Assembly (NCBI RefSeq): GCF_018350175.1
Contig: NC_058369.1
Span: 26,042,001-26,106,000 of the forward strand
Direction: 5' to 3'
DNA from: Felis catus
Lineage: Eukaryota
DNA length: 64,000 nt
The position numbers and the translations under genes are program-made. The notes under the pieces were generated by a model. It ran no database searches and was not told the DNA's origin. It saw nothing but the letters and a program-made list of their open reading frames with translations. Positions 24,151 to 37,364 of this stretch are shown here, piece after piece; position 1 is the first letter of the stretch; the number at the start of each line of letters is the position of its first letter.

Positions 24151-25633
24151 TCTTAGGCATATTCTATCAAATACAATAAAACACACCCATCTCTCACACT
24201 TTAAAAAAAAAAAAAGGCGTGTTTTGTGTGTGTGTTGTCATACAAGAATTTGATTAAAAAATACATTTGCTTTTATTTGCTTATATTTGTGTTCTGTTAT
24301 ATTATTTGGCCCTGACTAACTCCTTTATTTTACAATTGACTGATTTCTCAGCAATTACAGAGTATACTTTGGAATTCTTGCGATGTGAGAAAATGAACCT
24401 GTAACTGATTCTCAAATGTAATGAAATTTCTGTAGATGTCAACCAGAGATCGCAATTAGTGAGGAAGATATAATGCCAAATGCTGGCATTTAATAAAACA
24501 TTTATTAGCTTCAATTTCTTTCAATTTTCTTCTGTTTTGGGGCCAATTCCCCCGTCCCCCTGCCCCCACCCTCCCAACTTTCAAATTGTTTTGCATGTCC
24601 CTGCTGGGGCTGGTGGAAAGATTTGGGAAGAGTTAAGAGTTCCTGATCTGTGGGCTGAGACAGACTGGCCAGTAAAGGGACCTGCCATTAGCTGAGGGCT
24701 GCTGGGCTGGGAATCAGTTTAGAGGTGACCAGCAGGATTGGGGGAAGGGGGAGATTTGGTGGGAGAGCGTGGTCAAGGATGAGTCCGCTCGAGTTTGGTA
24801 GTTGGTTGACTAGGTTGGTGGTTGTTTGATAGGTCTTTGGAATAGTGGTTGTCTGGTCAGCTTGTCTGGTTGATTGTTGATTGATTGGTGTATTGATGAG
24901 TGGGTGGTTGTTAGTTGGGTAATAGAGGGCAGTGGTTCCCCACCTCCCAACCCCCCCTTTTGCTTTTCTTCTTTTTACTATGTGACCAGCATCATGTTAG
25001 GTACTAGAATCACAATGATGCTGAGGACAGAGCCCCGCTCCTTGTCCTTAGGATGCTTGGATTACAGTTGACTAATCTCAGATTCGGATACAGCACCACA
25101 CAGTTTAGAGAGTGGATTTAATTAGCACTCAAGCTGTGTGGCTCATTGCTATTATTGGTATGCTTATGAGTATTATATCCTTAAGTAGTACTAGGAATGC
25201 TACTTGGATATGTTTCAGTTATTATATAAATAATTTTTACTAACTTTTACTAAGTTCTCCCTGCCAACCCCCCCCAGCAGCCCCCCCCCCCCCCCCAGCA
25301 TAGGAAGTTTAGAGCTAAATGGCCATGGGGTAGAGCTTCTGGAGTCCCCTTCCTCTTCCCATTCACATAATTTGATATTGCAGTTGCTCCCATCAGGATG
25401 ACCCCCCCCCCCCTTTCTACCGCATTAAGCGGTGGTCCAAATTACCAGGTTTCGTCTCTGACTCTTCCCACTTGGCAACACATTGGCTGCGGATGAAGAT
25501 TTCGACATTAGTAGCTCCAAAGCAAAGCCAGAAAGGAGGAGGCTGGTTTTGGCCTGGATCCTTCTAAATCATTGCCTGTGTTTAAGAATTACAGTTTGCA
25601 CTGGAACAATAAGATGTTTCTTAGTGCAGTTTT

Positions 25634-25886
25634 TTTTTTTTTAATAAGTGTGATATAGTTACACATTTTTCTTTTTAAAAAATTTTTTTAATGTTTTTAT
25701 TTTTGAGGAAGAGAGAGAGCATGAACAGGGGAGGGGCAGAAAGAGAGGGAGACACAGAATCCAAAGAAGGTTCCAGGCTCTGAGCTGACAGCACAAAGCC
25801 CGATGTGGGGCTTGAACTCACAAACTGCGAGATCATGACCTGAGCTGAAGTCAGACGCTTAACCGACTGAGCCACCCAGGCGCCCC
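25634..25886 (-). mobile_element. CanSINE with a 23-nt extra segment in its tail
   Basis: Perfect TSD tcttagtgcagtttt (25619-25633, 25887-25901). Confidence 0.93.
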
Positions 25887-26323
25887 TCTTAGTGCAGTTT
25901 TAACGTGAGTTGGTTATCACCAGAATTTCGTAAACATCATGGTCAAGGGGTGTACTTCCCTGTAGCCCTCATCATTAGAAACAATGTTTTGAGAACCTAC
26001 TTTTATTACCCTTTATCTGCAAAATCCAGTGATTCCAAGTAACAAAGTTCTGGATTCATAATCACTGCTACCGAAACAGTTGTAGATTAGAGAAAGCCTT
26101 AATGACTTATTTCGTATTGTCCTTCTTTTTTGTCTCTTGTCTGTCTCCCTCACCCCACATCTACCAGTTTTATAAAACGTAATCTCCAAGCCTGTGGGAC
26201 CATTCAGAAGTGTTTGTAGATCTGCAAGGGCATGGAAGGGCAATTCAAGGTAGAATTACCTGAAATTCTTCTGGAGACTATTAGAGTCCTTTGAGATCAT
26301 ATTTTAGGAAGTTTCCTAGTCCA

Positions 26324-26540
26324 GGGACACCTGGGTGACTCAGTTGGTTGAGCATCCAACTTTAGCTCAGGTCATGATCTCATGATTTGTGAGTTTGCGC
26401 CCCACATTGGGCTCCCTGCTGTCAGCTTGTCAGCACAGAGCCATTTCAGATCCTCTTTCCTGTCTCTCTGCCCTTCCCTCGCTTATTCTCTCTCTCTCCA
26501 AATGTAAATTTAAAAAAAGCATCAAAAAACTTTTTTAAAA
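26324..26540 (+). mobile_element. CanSINE; a MER103-like relic follows (~26555-26710)
   Basis: TSD gaagtt[t/c]cct[a/t]gtcca; downstream gcatattaaaggctctgagaagtcct motif. Confidence 0.85.
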
Positions 26541-27394
26541 AGAAGTTCCCTTGTCCAGTAAAGTTGGGAAGTGCTGTGTGGCACCCTAGCACTCTCCTGG
26601 AGATTGTCAATGTACATTTGCATATTAAAGGCTCTGAGAAGTCCTACAGCAGTTTAAAATTGTTCGATTCCATATATCCCTGGCTTATTTGACCACAGGA
26701 GCCATTTGTCTCGGACAACCAGCTGATGTCTAATTTAGTCTTTTCAAAGATGCAAGATGATAGTAGGTGTTACACAACCTACTTTTAAAAATTATACTGT
26801 AATGTATTTTCACATGTAGTTTAAGAATAAAGTAACTAGGGCACAACCCCTGGTAAATTGTCCAAGAGGTGAGAGGATAGGGCAAGGTTTGTGAGTGTGG
26901 TCAGAGGGACAAATCTTCCTCAAGGCCAAGTTTAGGCACAGCTTGTGTTTTGCTGAGCCAGGAAGCAGCTTCTGACTCAAGTGCAGGACTCTTTAGATGA
27001 AGTACTGGTATTGAAGACACTTGACCGTGGGCCGTGTGTCTTCAGTAACTGGCAGCCATGACTAGGGTGGTGCCTTGGATATTCAGCGTGTGTCACTTGC
27101 TTACCTTGCACTTGGACAGTGTGCCTTAGGGATGTTGGAACTTGTTCCCATTTTAGCAGAGAAGCTGGCCTGCTATGTGCTTGGTCTGTTTATTTTACTG
27201 CCATGGCCGTTTATCTTGGGACAGAGTTCAGGGGCACAGCAATAAATCTCTTTTAGGAGGATGACGTAACCTTTAGCATTTATTTCCTCTCCAGCTTTTG
27301 CCAGTTTAGAAAGCCTTTGTAATATTACCGTGTCTGTGGATGAGCCTTTTCCTTTGCAGCCCCATCCTGGCCTCCAGGTGGAACAGTCAACAAC

Positions 27395-27560
27395 AGATTC
27401 TGGAGTTAGAGGGCCTGAATTCAAATCCTACTCTACACTTATGAGCTATGTGGCTTTGGGCTCAGTTTATCTGCTTATCATTTTCTTTAATCTGGAAAAT
27501 GGGACTAACAGGGGTACCTCCTAAGGCAGCAGTGAGAATTCGGTGGGGTCATTCATCGGG
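27395..27560 (+). mobile_element. MIR
   Basis: tctggagttagagggcctgaattcaaatcctactct...agctatgtggctttggg...tctggaaaatgggactaa. Confidence 0.75.
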
Positions 27561-27675
27561 CCAGACCCTCTGTCTTCACATATAACTGAGTGGCTGAGTC
27601 TCTGCATCTTGGAAAAGATACTCAGGTGCCAGGGAAGGAGGTAGGAAGGGATCAGGAAGGTGGATGGTTGATTTG

Positions 27676-27851
27676 CTTTTTAAGGTTTATTTATTTTGAG
27701 AGGGGGGGGGGATGGGCAGAGAGAGAGAATCCCAAGCAGGCTCCACGCTGTCAGCATAGAGCCCGATGTGGGGCTCAAACTCATGAACCGTGAGATCATG
27801 GCCTGAGCCGAAATCAAGAGTCGCTCAACTGACAGAACCACCTAGGTGCCT
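27676..27851 (-). mobile_element. CanSINE
   Basis: Reverse body ...gaaatcaagagtcgctcaactgacagaaccacctaggtgcc. Confidence 0.88.
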
Positions 27852-30800
27852 CAATTTTTGTTGTTGTTGTTGGGTTGGTAAGCATGCCCAAAGACAACCA
27901 GATGACAACATCTTCCCCTCCTCTGGCAATCTATTTGGAAATGGCAGAGGCCATCTCCTGAGGCACGGAGACTGCTTGTCCAGGAGAATGTGTGTGGCTG
28001 AGGACTGGTAAAGCATTTGGATGACCCACCATGTGAGAACTGAGCAGAGGAGATCAGGAGAACAGCCGACCAGTCTTGCCAAGCCTTCATGTATCCGTCT
28101 GTTTCTTGTTGATAGGTAACATCAAACATGGTGTAAATCATATGCAGTATAAAAAGATAAGACCGGCTCCCTCCCACTCCTCCTCACCCCCTTTCTCTGT
28201 TCCTCTACCCAGAAATAAATGCAGTTGGAGAACAGTTTCTCATCTTTTCAGAAGGTATTTTATGCATATATGAACTCAATTACAGAATTCCCTGGCCGCC
28301 CCTTTACTCCTGTGCGAACCCATGATACACATTGCTTTCACTGTTTGATAAAACTTGTCAGTTTTCCCACATCAGTGCCTATAGATCCCAACAAGCCGCT
28401 GTGTTCAGTGAAGAATTCCTTAACGTATACATTCCTGTATTTCTTTCTTTTGGGAGGTGTGTGTCAGAATTTATTATAAAGGTAACACATGTAATTCAAA
28501 CTAAGAAAAGAAATTCAAACAACACAGGAGCATGTCCCAACAACAAAAAGAAAGCTTGTCTTTTGCAATCACCCTACGTCTTTCCAGAGAGAGCCAGTGA
28601 ACAACATGCTTGCTTGCAACAACTCTGCATGCTTCCAGATCTTTCTGTTCATATGCAGAGTCATGCCTTTTCCAAAACAGAATTGCATGTTCTATACTTT
28701 TCTGCAAATGGCCCTGTCTGTATTGGAACAAACATCTGTATCTTTCTCATTCTTTTCCTAGCCACCTATTACTTTCTTCCTTGAACGTTCTGAAAGTTTA
28801 TTTAACTATTTATTCATGGGGAAGCATTTATGTTGTTCTCAGTTTTATTCCCTCATTATATTATGGTAATTAACTGCTTTCATGGTTAAAGATCACTTTA
28901 GTATCCAAGCCTCTCCCTCCCCCCATTAGAAAAAGGAATCCCTTAAGGGAACTTTCTTGAATACTTTGTGCTTCACATTGAATTTATTGACCTTGCATTT
29001 AATTTTCTGTCAACAGTGGCCCAGGCTGGCCCCTGCAGACTGCTCAGGAATCTGCTGGAGGAGTTGGGGTGGCCTGCAGATTTTAGCAAACTGCCAGTTC
29101 ATTCAGGCAGCTCACTGAGCAAAGAACATCTTGATTCTATCAGCCTTAATCCTGGGTCCCTGATGGGGGCTGGCTCTTGTGGTCGTTAGCAGATGGAATG
29201 CTCGTCTGTGTTAGAAGGCTGAGTTCTGGGGTATTTGGCTCTAGGCAGTCTTGAACCAGAATTGAATGGCATTGAATCTTTCATGATGTTAATGGGACAC
29301 TGTTAGTTCTTGAACTTGTGTGTGTTTATAATATTGCAGAAATAATAATAGTAGCTATACTGGTCTCTGCTGATATGGTGGATTGGTTCAGGCAGAATGC
29401 TACCCAATTTACTACATTATCTCACAATAGCTTGACACTGTGAATTCAGTTCTGACTCTCAGCTTACAGATGAGGAGACTGAAACCCGGGAAGTGACCCA
29501 CTGAAGTGACATGGTAGCCATGTTTGAGAGGGGAGCCAGGCTTCTCTGAACCCCAACTGCTCCATCACTGACTAACTCAGTGTCCCTGGCACCTGGGTTT
29601 CTTGGCTACTAATTCTTATAGCAGGTGGGCTCCCCTTTGCCTGAGTGGATTCAGTCCTGCCCTCTTGTCCACGCTTTTTATCCATGGATGTTGGTGGTGT
29701 GGAGTTCTACCCACAAGGAGGAGCCCAGGTCTGGGCTGAGAGAGCTCTGTTGTGGCTAGGTGGCACATGTGTCCAAAGGCCTCCTCGTGTAATTTTGGGT
29801 TGAAGATTCAAATTTGGGGGTACAAATTCGACAGTGGGTAACTGTCTGAAAAGTGTCAATACAGGTAAAGCAGGGAATGTGCCCCTCCCTGTGTCTGTCC
29901 TTTGAGAATTTCTTTTCTTCCAACTTCATCCTTTTTCTGTTGGTAATGATGGGAGCCAGCTATTATAAACGATTTGGAATTTCCCTCAGCTTGGTTCCTA
30001 TTCAAGGCTTTAAATTGGGAGTTTTGTTCACTTTATGACTTCACGATCATTGGGCAGGCTGCCATTTCTATAACAGGCTTATAGGAGTTGTAACATGATG
30101 TGGGCTGCGGGGGCAGGGGGTGGGAGTGTATGCAAACTGATTCCTCCCCTTTCAAACCAAGGAAACCACCTTGATCTTTTTTCTAACAAGGCTCAACTTC
30201 TACAAGTTTGCAGTGGAAGGATGAATACCTGTCCTCTTCATCAGCTTTATTATTTTTTACCTTTTACTCTTAATTACAAAAGGAAAAAAAAGTTTTTTAA
30301 GAAACAGCTTAGCATGTGGGACAAAAGGCAAAAAAGAAATTTTTTTGCCTTTGTCCCTTAAAAAGTCTTCAATGTCTTTCCCCGGGGCAGGGTTGCAAGA
30401 AGTGGGTTGGTGGATGGTTTTCATTATAATAATGTTGTCATCTCCTTGTGGAGTGTTTTAAAGCCAATTTAACTTATTATCTTACATAAAAGCATAATTT
30501 GTGTCCAGCACAGGGCCTGGCATTCTGTAGGCAGAAGTGTTTGCTGGGTATGAGAACAAATGGAGCTTTCAAGTATGTGAGTGACCCTAATTTCTATTTT
30601 CTGGGGAAAATACAGACCAATAGGTTGGGGTAAATGGGGACAGAGGTGTGTTTTCTGTCATCTTCTCTGATTTCCCATGCTGAGCGCTAGGTCATGCATG
30701 GTGGACCTCCCAGATGTAGAGACATTGGAATCCCCAGTTTCTGGGATGCAGTAAAGGCCAAGTCATGACTGAGACAGAGGGACTAAAGTAATACAAGTCT

Positions 30801-30904
30801 GACCTCTGCTTGCACCTCCTAGGCCGTAAGCTGTCACTTTCTGCCCACATTTTTCATTTCTAAACCTCGACAGTTTAGGGATTGTGGGAATGATTGGGAC
30901 AGTG

Positions 30905-31260
30905 GCAGGTTCAGAGACCCCACCTGGGTTCCTCTCCCAAGTTCGCCACTAACTGGCCGTGGGCCTCATGGGTGTGTCCCTTCCTGTACTCTGTCTCATC
31001 TGTGAAATGTGAGTCCTGTTGCACTCACCTTATACAGCTGTCATGGCATAATGTGTATTTAGAGAAGTATGGAGGTTTGGGCTCAGACAGCAGAGAACTG
31101 GGTTTAAATCTGGGTTCTTCCTGTATGTTACTTTTGACAATTGCCTCTGCGGGCCTCTGTCTTCCCATCTGTAAAATGAGATTAAGCATAAAAGCGACCC
31201 TTCTAGGGTTGCTGTGAGGGTTACATGAGGTGATGCATGTGGCACAGGGCCAGGCCCAGG
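30905..31260 (+). mobile_element. Two MIR fragments in tandem
   Basis: ctcatctgtgaaatg and ctgggtttaaatctgggttct...cccatctgtaaaatgagatt...agggttgctgtgagggtta. Confidence 0.7.
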
Positions 31261-32794
31261 GGAGAGGTCTGGAAGAAGGATCTGGAAAAGTCTGGAGTTG
31301 CTGTTACAGTTTGGTTGCTGTTGATGTAAGGAGGGGGAGGTGCTTAGGAGTCTTTCCGGGCCTGGTTCCTCCTGCCCTCATGCTTTTCCCCAAAGGGTTT
31401 CCCTGTGGGCTGCACTTGGTGCACAGGACCGGCCTGGGCCGTGAGCTGTGTTTCAGGTGAGGCTGAGCTGGAGTCCACAGGTGACAAGGACCTCCATTTG
31501 CAGCCAGCGTTTATTATTTGATCTGCACATGTTCTCAGAGCAGTTGTGCCTAAAAGCTATGGGCCAGGGATAGACATCACCGCACTGAGAACTTCTGAGC
31601 TCACACTGGGGTTTACCAGCGCCTCCCAGTGACTGGACTCCGGGCTCCTCCACTCTCTGCTCATGCTCAGGGGTCCCTGGGACCCTTGTCCTACTACTCA
31701 CTTAGGAGACCTGTGGCTTTGAGGTCAAAAACCTAGTTTAGAATACATTGCTTTGACCATTTTGGGGCGTGTTTCCTTTTTCCCTTCTTTCTGTAATCTT
31801 TATAACAAGACTAGAATCCTTGTTCTAACTTTTTAAGGCTTTCCCACTAATACTAGTTGGAAGAGACTAAGTTCTAGACCCACAAATATACCAGTCTCAT
31901 TTAAGGTTCAGTATGACTTTGTCGCTGGATATAAAGTAATCCCCAGAAGTGATAAAAACTTTTGAAAAGTGGCATTTGGAAGCCCACCGAGTGATGCAAA
32001 TGCCTCTTTTAAACAAAGGATGCCTCTTAAACAGAGAATCGGGTGTTTGGGATACATATGAAGCAGGACACCAGCATAGTATCTGTGATCTGAATGTCCA
32101 CCAAAAACTCTGTATCAAAATAAAAATAAGGTATTTATGAAATAATTTGTTCCAATTATTCCGGGCAAAAATTGTCTAGCAAGTGAGAGAAAACAGAAGG
32201 AATAGTTGGCAAAGTAGGAAATTTGAAGTCTGAGGTTATGCATAAGGAATGTGTTATGGGCCTATAGTAGAAGTCTCCAATCAGGGATTTGGCAATGTTT
32301 GCTCAATTCTGTTGCAGAGAAGTCCCAGCCACTGCTCCCCATGCCGTGCCCAGAGCAGGCATGACTAATCTATACAGTTCTTCCTCATTGAGCCTCCATT
32401 CCCTGTGCCTGGTCGTGGCAGACATTGGTAATCTATTTTCTTGTTGACCCCAGATAGGGCCCGAGAATCTTTCTCAACACCTGAAAGGGTTTTCACCTCA
32501 CATGCTAATGCCATTTGCCACCCTTGGTCTATTGTGTCATCTCTTGAAATATTACTAACATGAAAGGGCCTTCCAAATGAACTCTTTGTTAACTGAACCC
32601 TGAAGTGAAGTGTAAAAATGGTTAACTCAGACACTTCCTTGGTCATCCTTGAGAGTTCCTGAGTAAGAAAAAGGATTGGAAATCCAGCTGACCAGAGTGC
32701 TCCAATCCACCCTTGTTTTATCGTGGTCTGTATTTTATCTTACTGATTAGAAATTGGCCCGTGTGACTTCAGGACTTCAGGACCCAGAACATCC

Positions 32795-33145
32795 TCTTAT
32801 TATAGGTAAGCTGCTGTAACAGAGAAAAAACCCAAATACAGTGGCTTTTTTCAGTATTCAGGTTGGCAGGGCACCCTATTCTGGGACTCAGGTTCTTTCT
32901 ATCACCTTGCCTGGCCTCCCTGAGCGCAGGTTGAAGCTAAGTGACTGTAATGTCAGGGGCTCTTGCTGGCGGTAGGAGGGAGCACTCCCCCTGCCCAAGG
33001 CCCTAAAGTCATGGCACCCTTCTGTCTGCTCACTGTCTGTTGGTGAAGCAACCACACTGCTGAGCTGCAAGGGAGGCTAGGAAGGACCGTCCAGCTGGAA
33101 GCCGCATGCCTGGGAGAGGAGGAGGCAGGGTTTTTGTGGCCTTCA
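32795..33145 (-). mobile_element. MaLR LTR (MLT1J-like)
   Basis: gctgctgtaacag..cccaaatacagtggctt...ttctgtctgctcac...ctgcaagggaggctaggaa. Confidence 0.65.
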
Positions 33146-33829
33146 CCACAAGTACCCTTCAGCCATCAGCAGTGTGAGTTGTCCAGTCTGGCTGTAAGTC
33201 TGTGTGGTCTTTTGATGGTTTGAGGCCCTGTACGAAGCCCTGAGCAGGGGTGAAGGCATCTGGCCCCTTCATCCTGCCCATGGGTGTCTAGGCAGGTGCA
33301 CAGTCTTGTGTACATAGTCCATCACCTGCTGTACGGATGGAAGGACCGTTGCACCCCCAGAAATGGACCCTGGTTCTGGACGGCGGACTGAGACGGTCAT
33401 CTTTAATGATGAAGGGAACGGTGACATCTGAGAAACTGAGGACGGTGGTAAACTTAGCCTTCTTTTAGTTGAGGGTACCCTCTTGTTTGGGCAACCGAGG
33501 CCAACAATTCAGCCACAGTTTGTGCAGGCTGGAAGAGAAGGCAGGATGGGGAGGAACCATAAAACCAAGCTGGGATGCCAGTGAGCCCCGTCTGCCACCT
33601 GCATCCTGGGCCCAGGTGATCCGAGTGCTGCACTGTGGGGTGACCTTGGGGCAGCCCTTCACAGGATGCTCTTTGGGTTGGCTCACCCAAGCAGTCAAGG
33701 CTGACAGGAAACCCCGGTGCCTACGCAGAGGTCACCACCTTTAACTGCTAAGCTTTCACTTTTCCCTTCTGCCTTTGTTCTTTTTGTCTCAAGGTTGATA
33801 AAAGCATGTTGAAGTCAGTGGTGGTAAGA

Positions 33830-34045
33830 GTAATAGTACTAATATTAGGATTTAATGACAACTGACTGTATAGGGGTCTGAATGCTGGAAATGTGTTATG
33901 GCAGGCAGTCTTCTCAGCAGCTGTATTCTCCTGTTCCAACATTATCCCCAGTTTACAGGTAAAGTGACTGAGGCACGCTGGGGTCAGATCACTTGGCCAG
34001 GCCTCTGCAGCCAGTCTGCTGGTGCCGAGCCCACGCCTGCAGAGC
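33830..34045 (-). mobile_element. MIR fragment
   Basis: attatccccagtttacaggtaaagtgactgaggcac. Confidence 0.65.
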
Positions 34046-35009
34046 CTCAGGGACCTCCCCAGCCATGTTTCTGTGCCACATGCTGTATTGCCTGCTGGGG
34101 GCTCAGTGGTGGACACAGTCTGGAGCAGATTAGAGTTCTGTCTGAAAGGCTGTGTGTGTACTTTCGCATCCACTCAGCGGGGAAGCGGCCCTGTCTCTCA
34201 CAGAGCACCAGAGAGGAGAGAGCAGGGAGCCAAATGTGCCTGCCAACAGCCAAGCGTCCATGATCGGGGGAGCAAAACAGCCTGTTCCTGCCGTTGTGGT
34301 GCTGCCGCTTTGAGCACAGGAGGCAGGCACAGCTGTAGCTGCACTGAGAGAGAAGGGCACAAGGCATTGAGGGGGCACTTAGCCGGGGACCTATTCTAGT
34401 TTTGCAGAGTTGGGCCTAGAAGAGGCATTATCTAGGTCAAGAGAGGTGGGGGGAGAGTTCCAGGCCAAGCCAGCTGAGGCCAAGGATCAAGGTTAACCCT
34501 AGGGAAATGCAAAGTTGGGAAGTCAAGTTGGGGCCAGACCCCTGGCTCTTGTGGGCCTCTTTTCATACCATATTCTCTTTCAATAAGGTCTGATCGATTA
34601 TCAGCAGTCGGGTTCCTGTGTAGTTCTTGGTTTCTGTCTGCAGGAATCTCAGGCCATAGTGGTCTCCTAAAGTACTTAGCGCCACAATGTCCCCCTTGCA
34701 CCTACCTCATGTGTCCTGAGTCCACTACAGCATGCAGGTCGGCCTCCTCCTGGGACAGGAGAACAGGAACCTCAGAGGCTCATGACCCTTCTAATGAATT
34801 CCATGGCTCAGGGTAGTGACACATTGAACATTTCATCCTCCTTTTAATTCGCAAGGTACTATTGTGAATTACCCTGACTAACCCTGACTTCTGTTTCCTG
34901 CTCACTTACAAAACTGGGATTATAGCTTCTGGGCTTCCGGTTCTAGGGAAGTGTGTTGGGTACAGAGCAGGTATTCAGATATGAGGTGAATGAGTAAGGA
35001 GAGGAAGGA

Positions 35010-35230
35010 AGGTATTATGAAGTGCCTACCCTGTCCCCGGCATTATGCTCAACTCATGGTGTTCTATAACCCACCTGCTTCTTAGTAACAGCCCTGTGAA
35101 GGTGTTGACTGGGATCATTCCCATTTGGTAAATGAAGAAACAGAAAGCCCAGAGAGGATGGATGGATGGTTCAAAGTGACCTGTCTAGAGGAGCGGCTGG
35201 TTCCATAGCCTGTACTTAAACCACTGTGCC
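35010..35230 (-). mobile_element. MIR fragment
   Basis: aacagccctgtgaaggt...cattcccatttggtaaatgaagaaacagaaagcccagagagg. Confidence 0.7.
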
Positions 35231-35702
35231 ACGTTGCCTCCCAGAGGGTAATAGAGATGGGAGGATGGAGGCAGAGACTCTTCTCCAGATGACCAAATCA
35301 TAGTTGGATTATGGTCTGGGTGCTTTTCCTCAAGCGTACTAGGAGGAGCTTTCCCGAAACTCCTACGTCTCCTTGACCCCTGAAGTCCCTTGTTGGCTGT
35401 TTCTGACCCAGCAGTGAGCTGCTGCATTGTGGCTGCTGGATGACCTGCTGTTCTTACTCAGGAGGGCAGAAATGTGGGACGGTGCTTGCTCAGGCCTCTC
35501 CTCCCCGCCCCCCCCAACCCCCACCATGCCACCCTGGTGAATCAGTAATAGGAGAGGAGATGGGCACAGTGAATGTGGTGAGCATGCAGTTGGTGGTGTG
35601 GATCCTGCCCTCCTGGTATGAGAGACGGAAAGATCACCATCTCCCTTCCTCAGAGGAACTTGTCTACGCAGTAGATGTTTCCAAGATGCTTCCAAAGATT
35701 GC

Positions 35703-35804
35703 CTAAAAATAGCTGGTTTCCTCCCCCATGAATGTGCCCATTCCTGATTGCTACTCAGGGAGGACTGGAGAACCGGTGTACAGAAATGACGTGAAAACAT
35801 TCCA
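35703..35804. promoter_or_regulatory. Candidate intronic enhancer core (MEF2, two M-CAT/TEAD, CRE-like)
   Basis: CTAAAAATAG 35703-35712; CATTCCT 35739-35745; TGACGTGA 35787-35794; ACATTCCA 35797-35804; no recognisable repeat here; motif evidence only. Confidence 0.35.
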
Positions 35805-37186
35805 TCCTAGAATTTGCAGTAGCTCAAATTAACTTTCTAGCTATTAAAAAAGAAAAAAAGCCACTGCCCTCACTTAGAAGCAATGCTGGATAATTTTAAG
35901 TAGTTCCAGAGGGTGTGTATGCGGTTGGAGGGTCAGTGCTGTCCAGAGCCAGGACCAGTTACATGGGAATTGTGATTGGTTGGATCTGGGGAGGAGAAAC
36001 CTGTGGCCAGATTCCAGGCCAACTACAACCTAAGCAGATTCTAGGAGGTCCAGCAGGCGTGGCGGGCGCTGGCTTATTTTATTCCAGAAAGAGGCTCTCA
36101 ATGAGGTGGAATCCTGCCAGAGAGGCTTCCAGCTGACCTGGACCTTCCCTCCTTTTACATTTCTGTTTCATGTTTACACTCGACATAAACATCACAGAGC
36201 ACGCTCACGTTTGAAAATCCTGTAGTCTGTTGTGATGGTCAGACATTGACACTGTAATGCTGTGGAGCATTTCATTTTCAAGGCATTGGGAGTCTTCTGT
36301 TTCATGTGGGTGGGAAAGGGGGAGTCATTTTGGGCAAGTTGCCATCGTTTTATTGTTCCAAGAGTTCGGTAAAGCATTTGAACCTTCACCTGTCAAAATC
36401 ACTTTTGGAACTAGGACTGTTCTTTCTCCAGCTTCTTAGAATAGCAGAGCAAAAGTATCATTTATCCCAAGGAGATCTTAATGGGGGCTTTCCCGTTTGG
36501 ACACCCACCTTGAATTCATTGGAAACAGAAGTTCTGGGCATTGTATTTTTCATAAATTTGGCTCAGACTTTTACTGGGTCATATTTCCCCTGAAATCTTT
36601 TTCGAAAAAGACTCATGTCTCATTCCTTCAGACCAACATGTGTAAGCCGGGTAAAAATAGAGCAAACTGGTTTCATGTTTTGATTTATGGATAAAATCTG
36701 TAAGTTTGCATTTGAAGAGCACTTAACACATAACTCAGGAAAGTTGAACTTTGTAGTCTGATGCGTGTGGCTGCATGAGACTTTCTGGCCTGTTCAGATC
36801 CTGCCTGGTGCAAGACCTGACCTTGCCTGGTCCAGCACGGGTACGCTGACTAACGCTAAGCATTCACATACTTTACTTCATCCCCACCTCGTGCTTCCCC
36901 CTTCTGAGGACTGCTCTTCTCCCTTTAGTTTAAATAAAGGACTCTGGCATGGAAAATTGTTTGACCTGGAATTTCTTATGATTGGTAGGTAGTAACTCAG
37001 TAATCAGTAGCGCTTCAAAGACGACCTTATAACAGGACATCCTATCAAAAAAATTCCGTCATGGTCAAGGGCTGCCAGCTGGAGAAACATATGGTCCGTG
37101 GGATGAACTCCTCGGATGTTCAAGTTCTGTGCACGGTCAAGTGTCTTCTGCAGATTATTGCTTTATTGACCACAGGACCTCAGAAG

Positions 37187-37364
37187 CAGAGGGGGCTTTG
37201 TGGTCACATAGTCTGTGCAGCTGTACAGGGCCCTGCTCTCAGGAGGGTTCTGTGCTTGGTTTAATGCTCTGCTGTTGCCATCTTGAAATTCTTAATCCTT
37301 TTTGGACGAGAAGTCATGTATTTTCATTTGTCACTGAGCCCTGTGAGTTATGTGGACTGTCCTG
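37187..37364 (+). mobile_element. MER91A-like hAT-Tip100 MITE
   Basis: acagggccctgctctcaggaggg..gcttggtttaatgctctgctgttgccatcttgaaattcttaat...tcctg. Confidence 0.85.

Noticed and set aside
32790..32812. Recursive-splice-like TAG|GTAAGC
   Set aside because: Weak pyrimidine tract and located at the edge of an MLT1 relic; similar AG|GT motifs occur elsewhere by chance.
33363..33431. Short ORF MDPGSGRRTETVIFNDEGNGDI and a box C (ATGATGA) / box D (CTGA) pair
   Set aside because: ORF is 22 codons with no support; boxes are under 20 nt apart with no terminal stem, too short for a C/D snoRNA.
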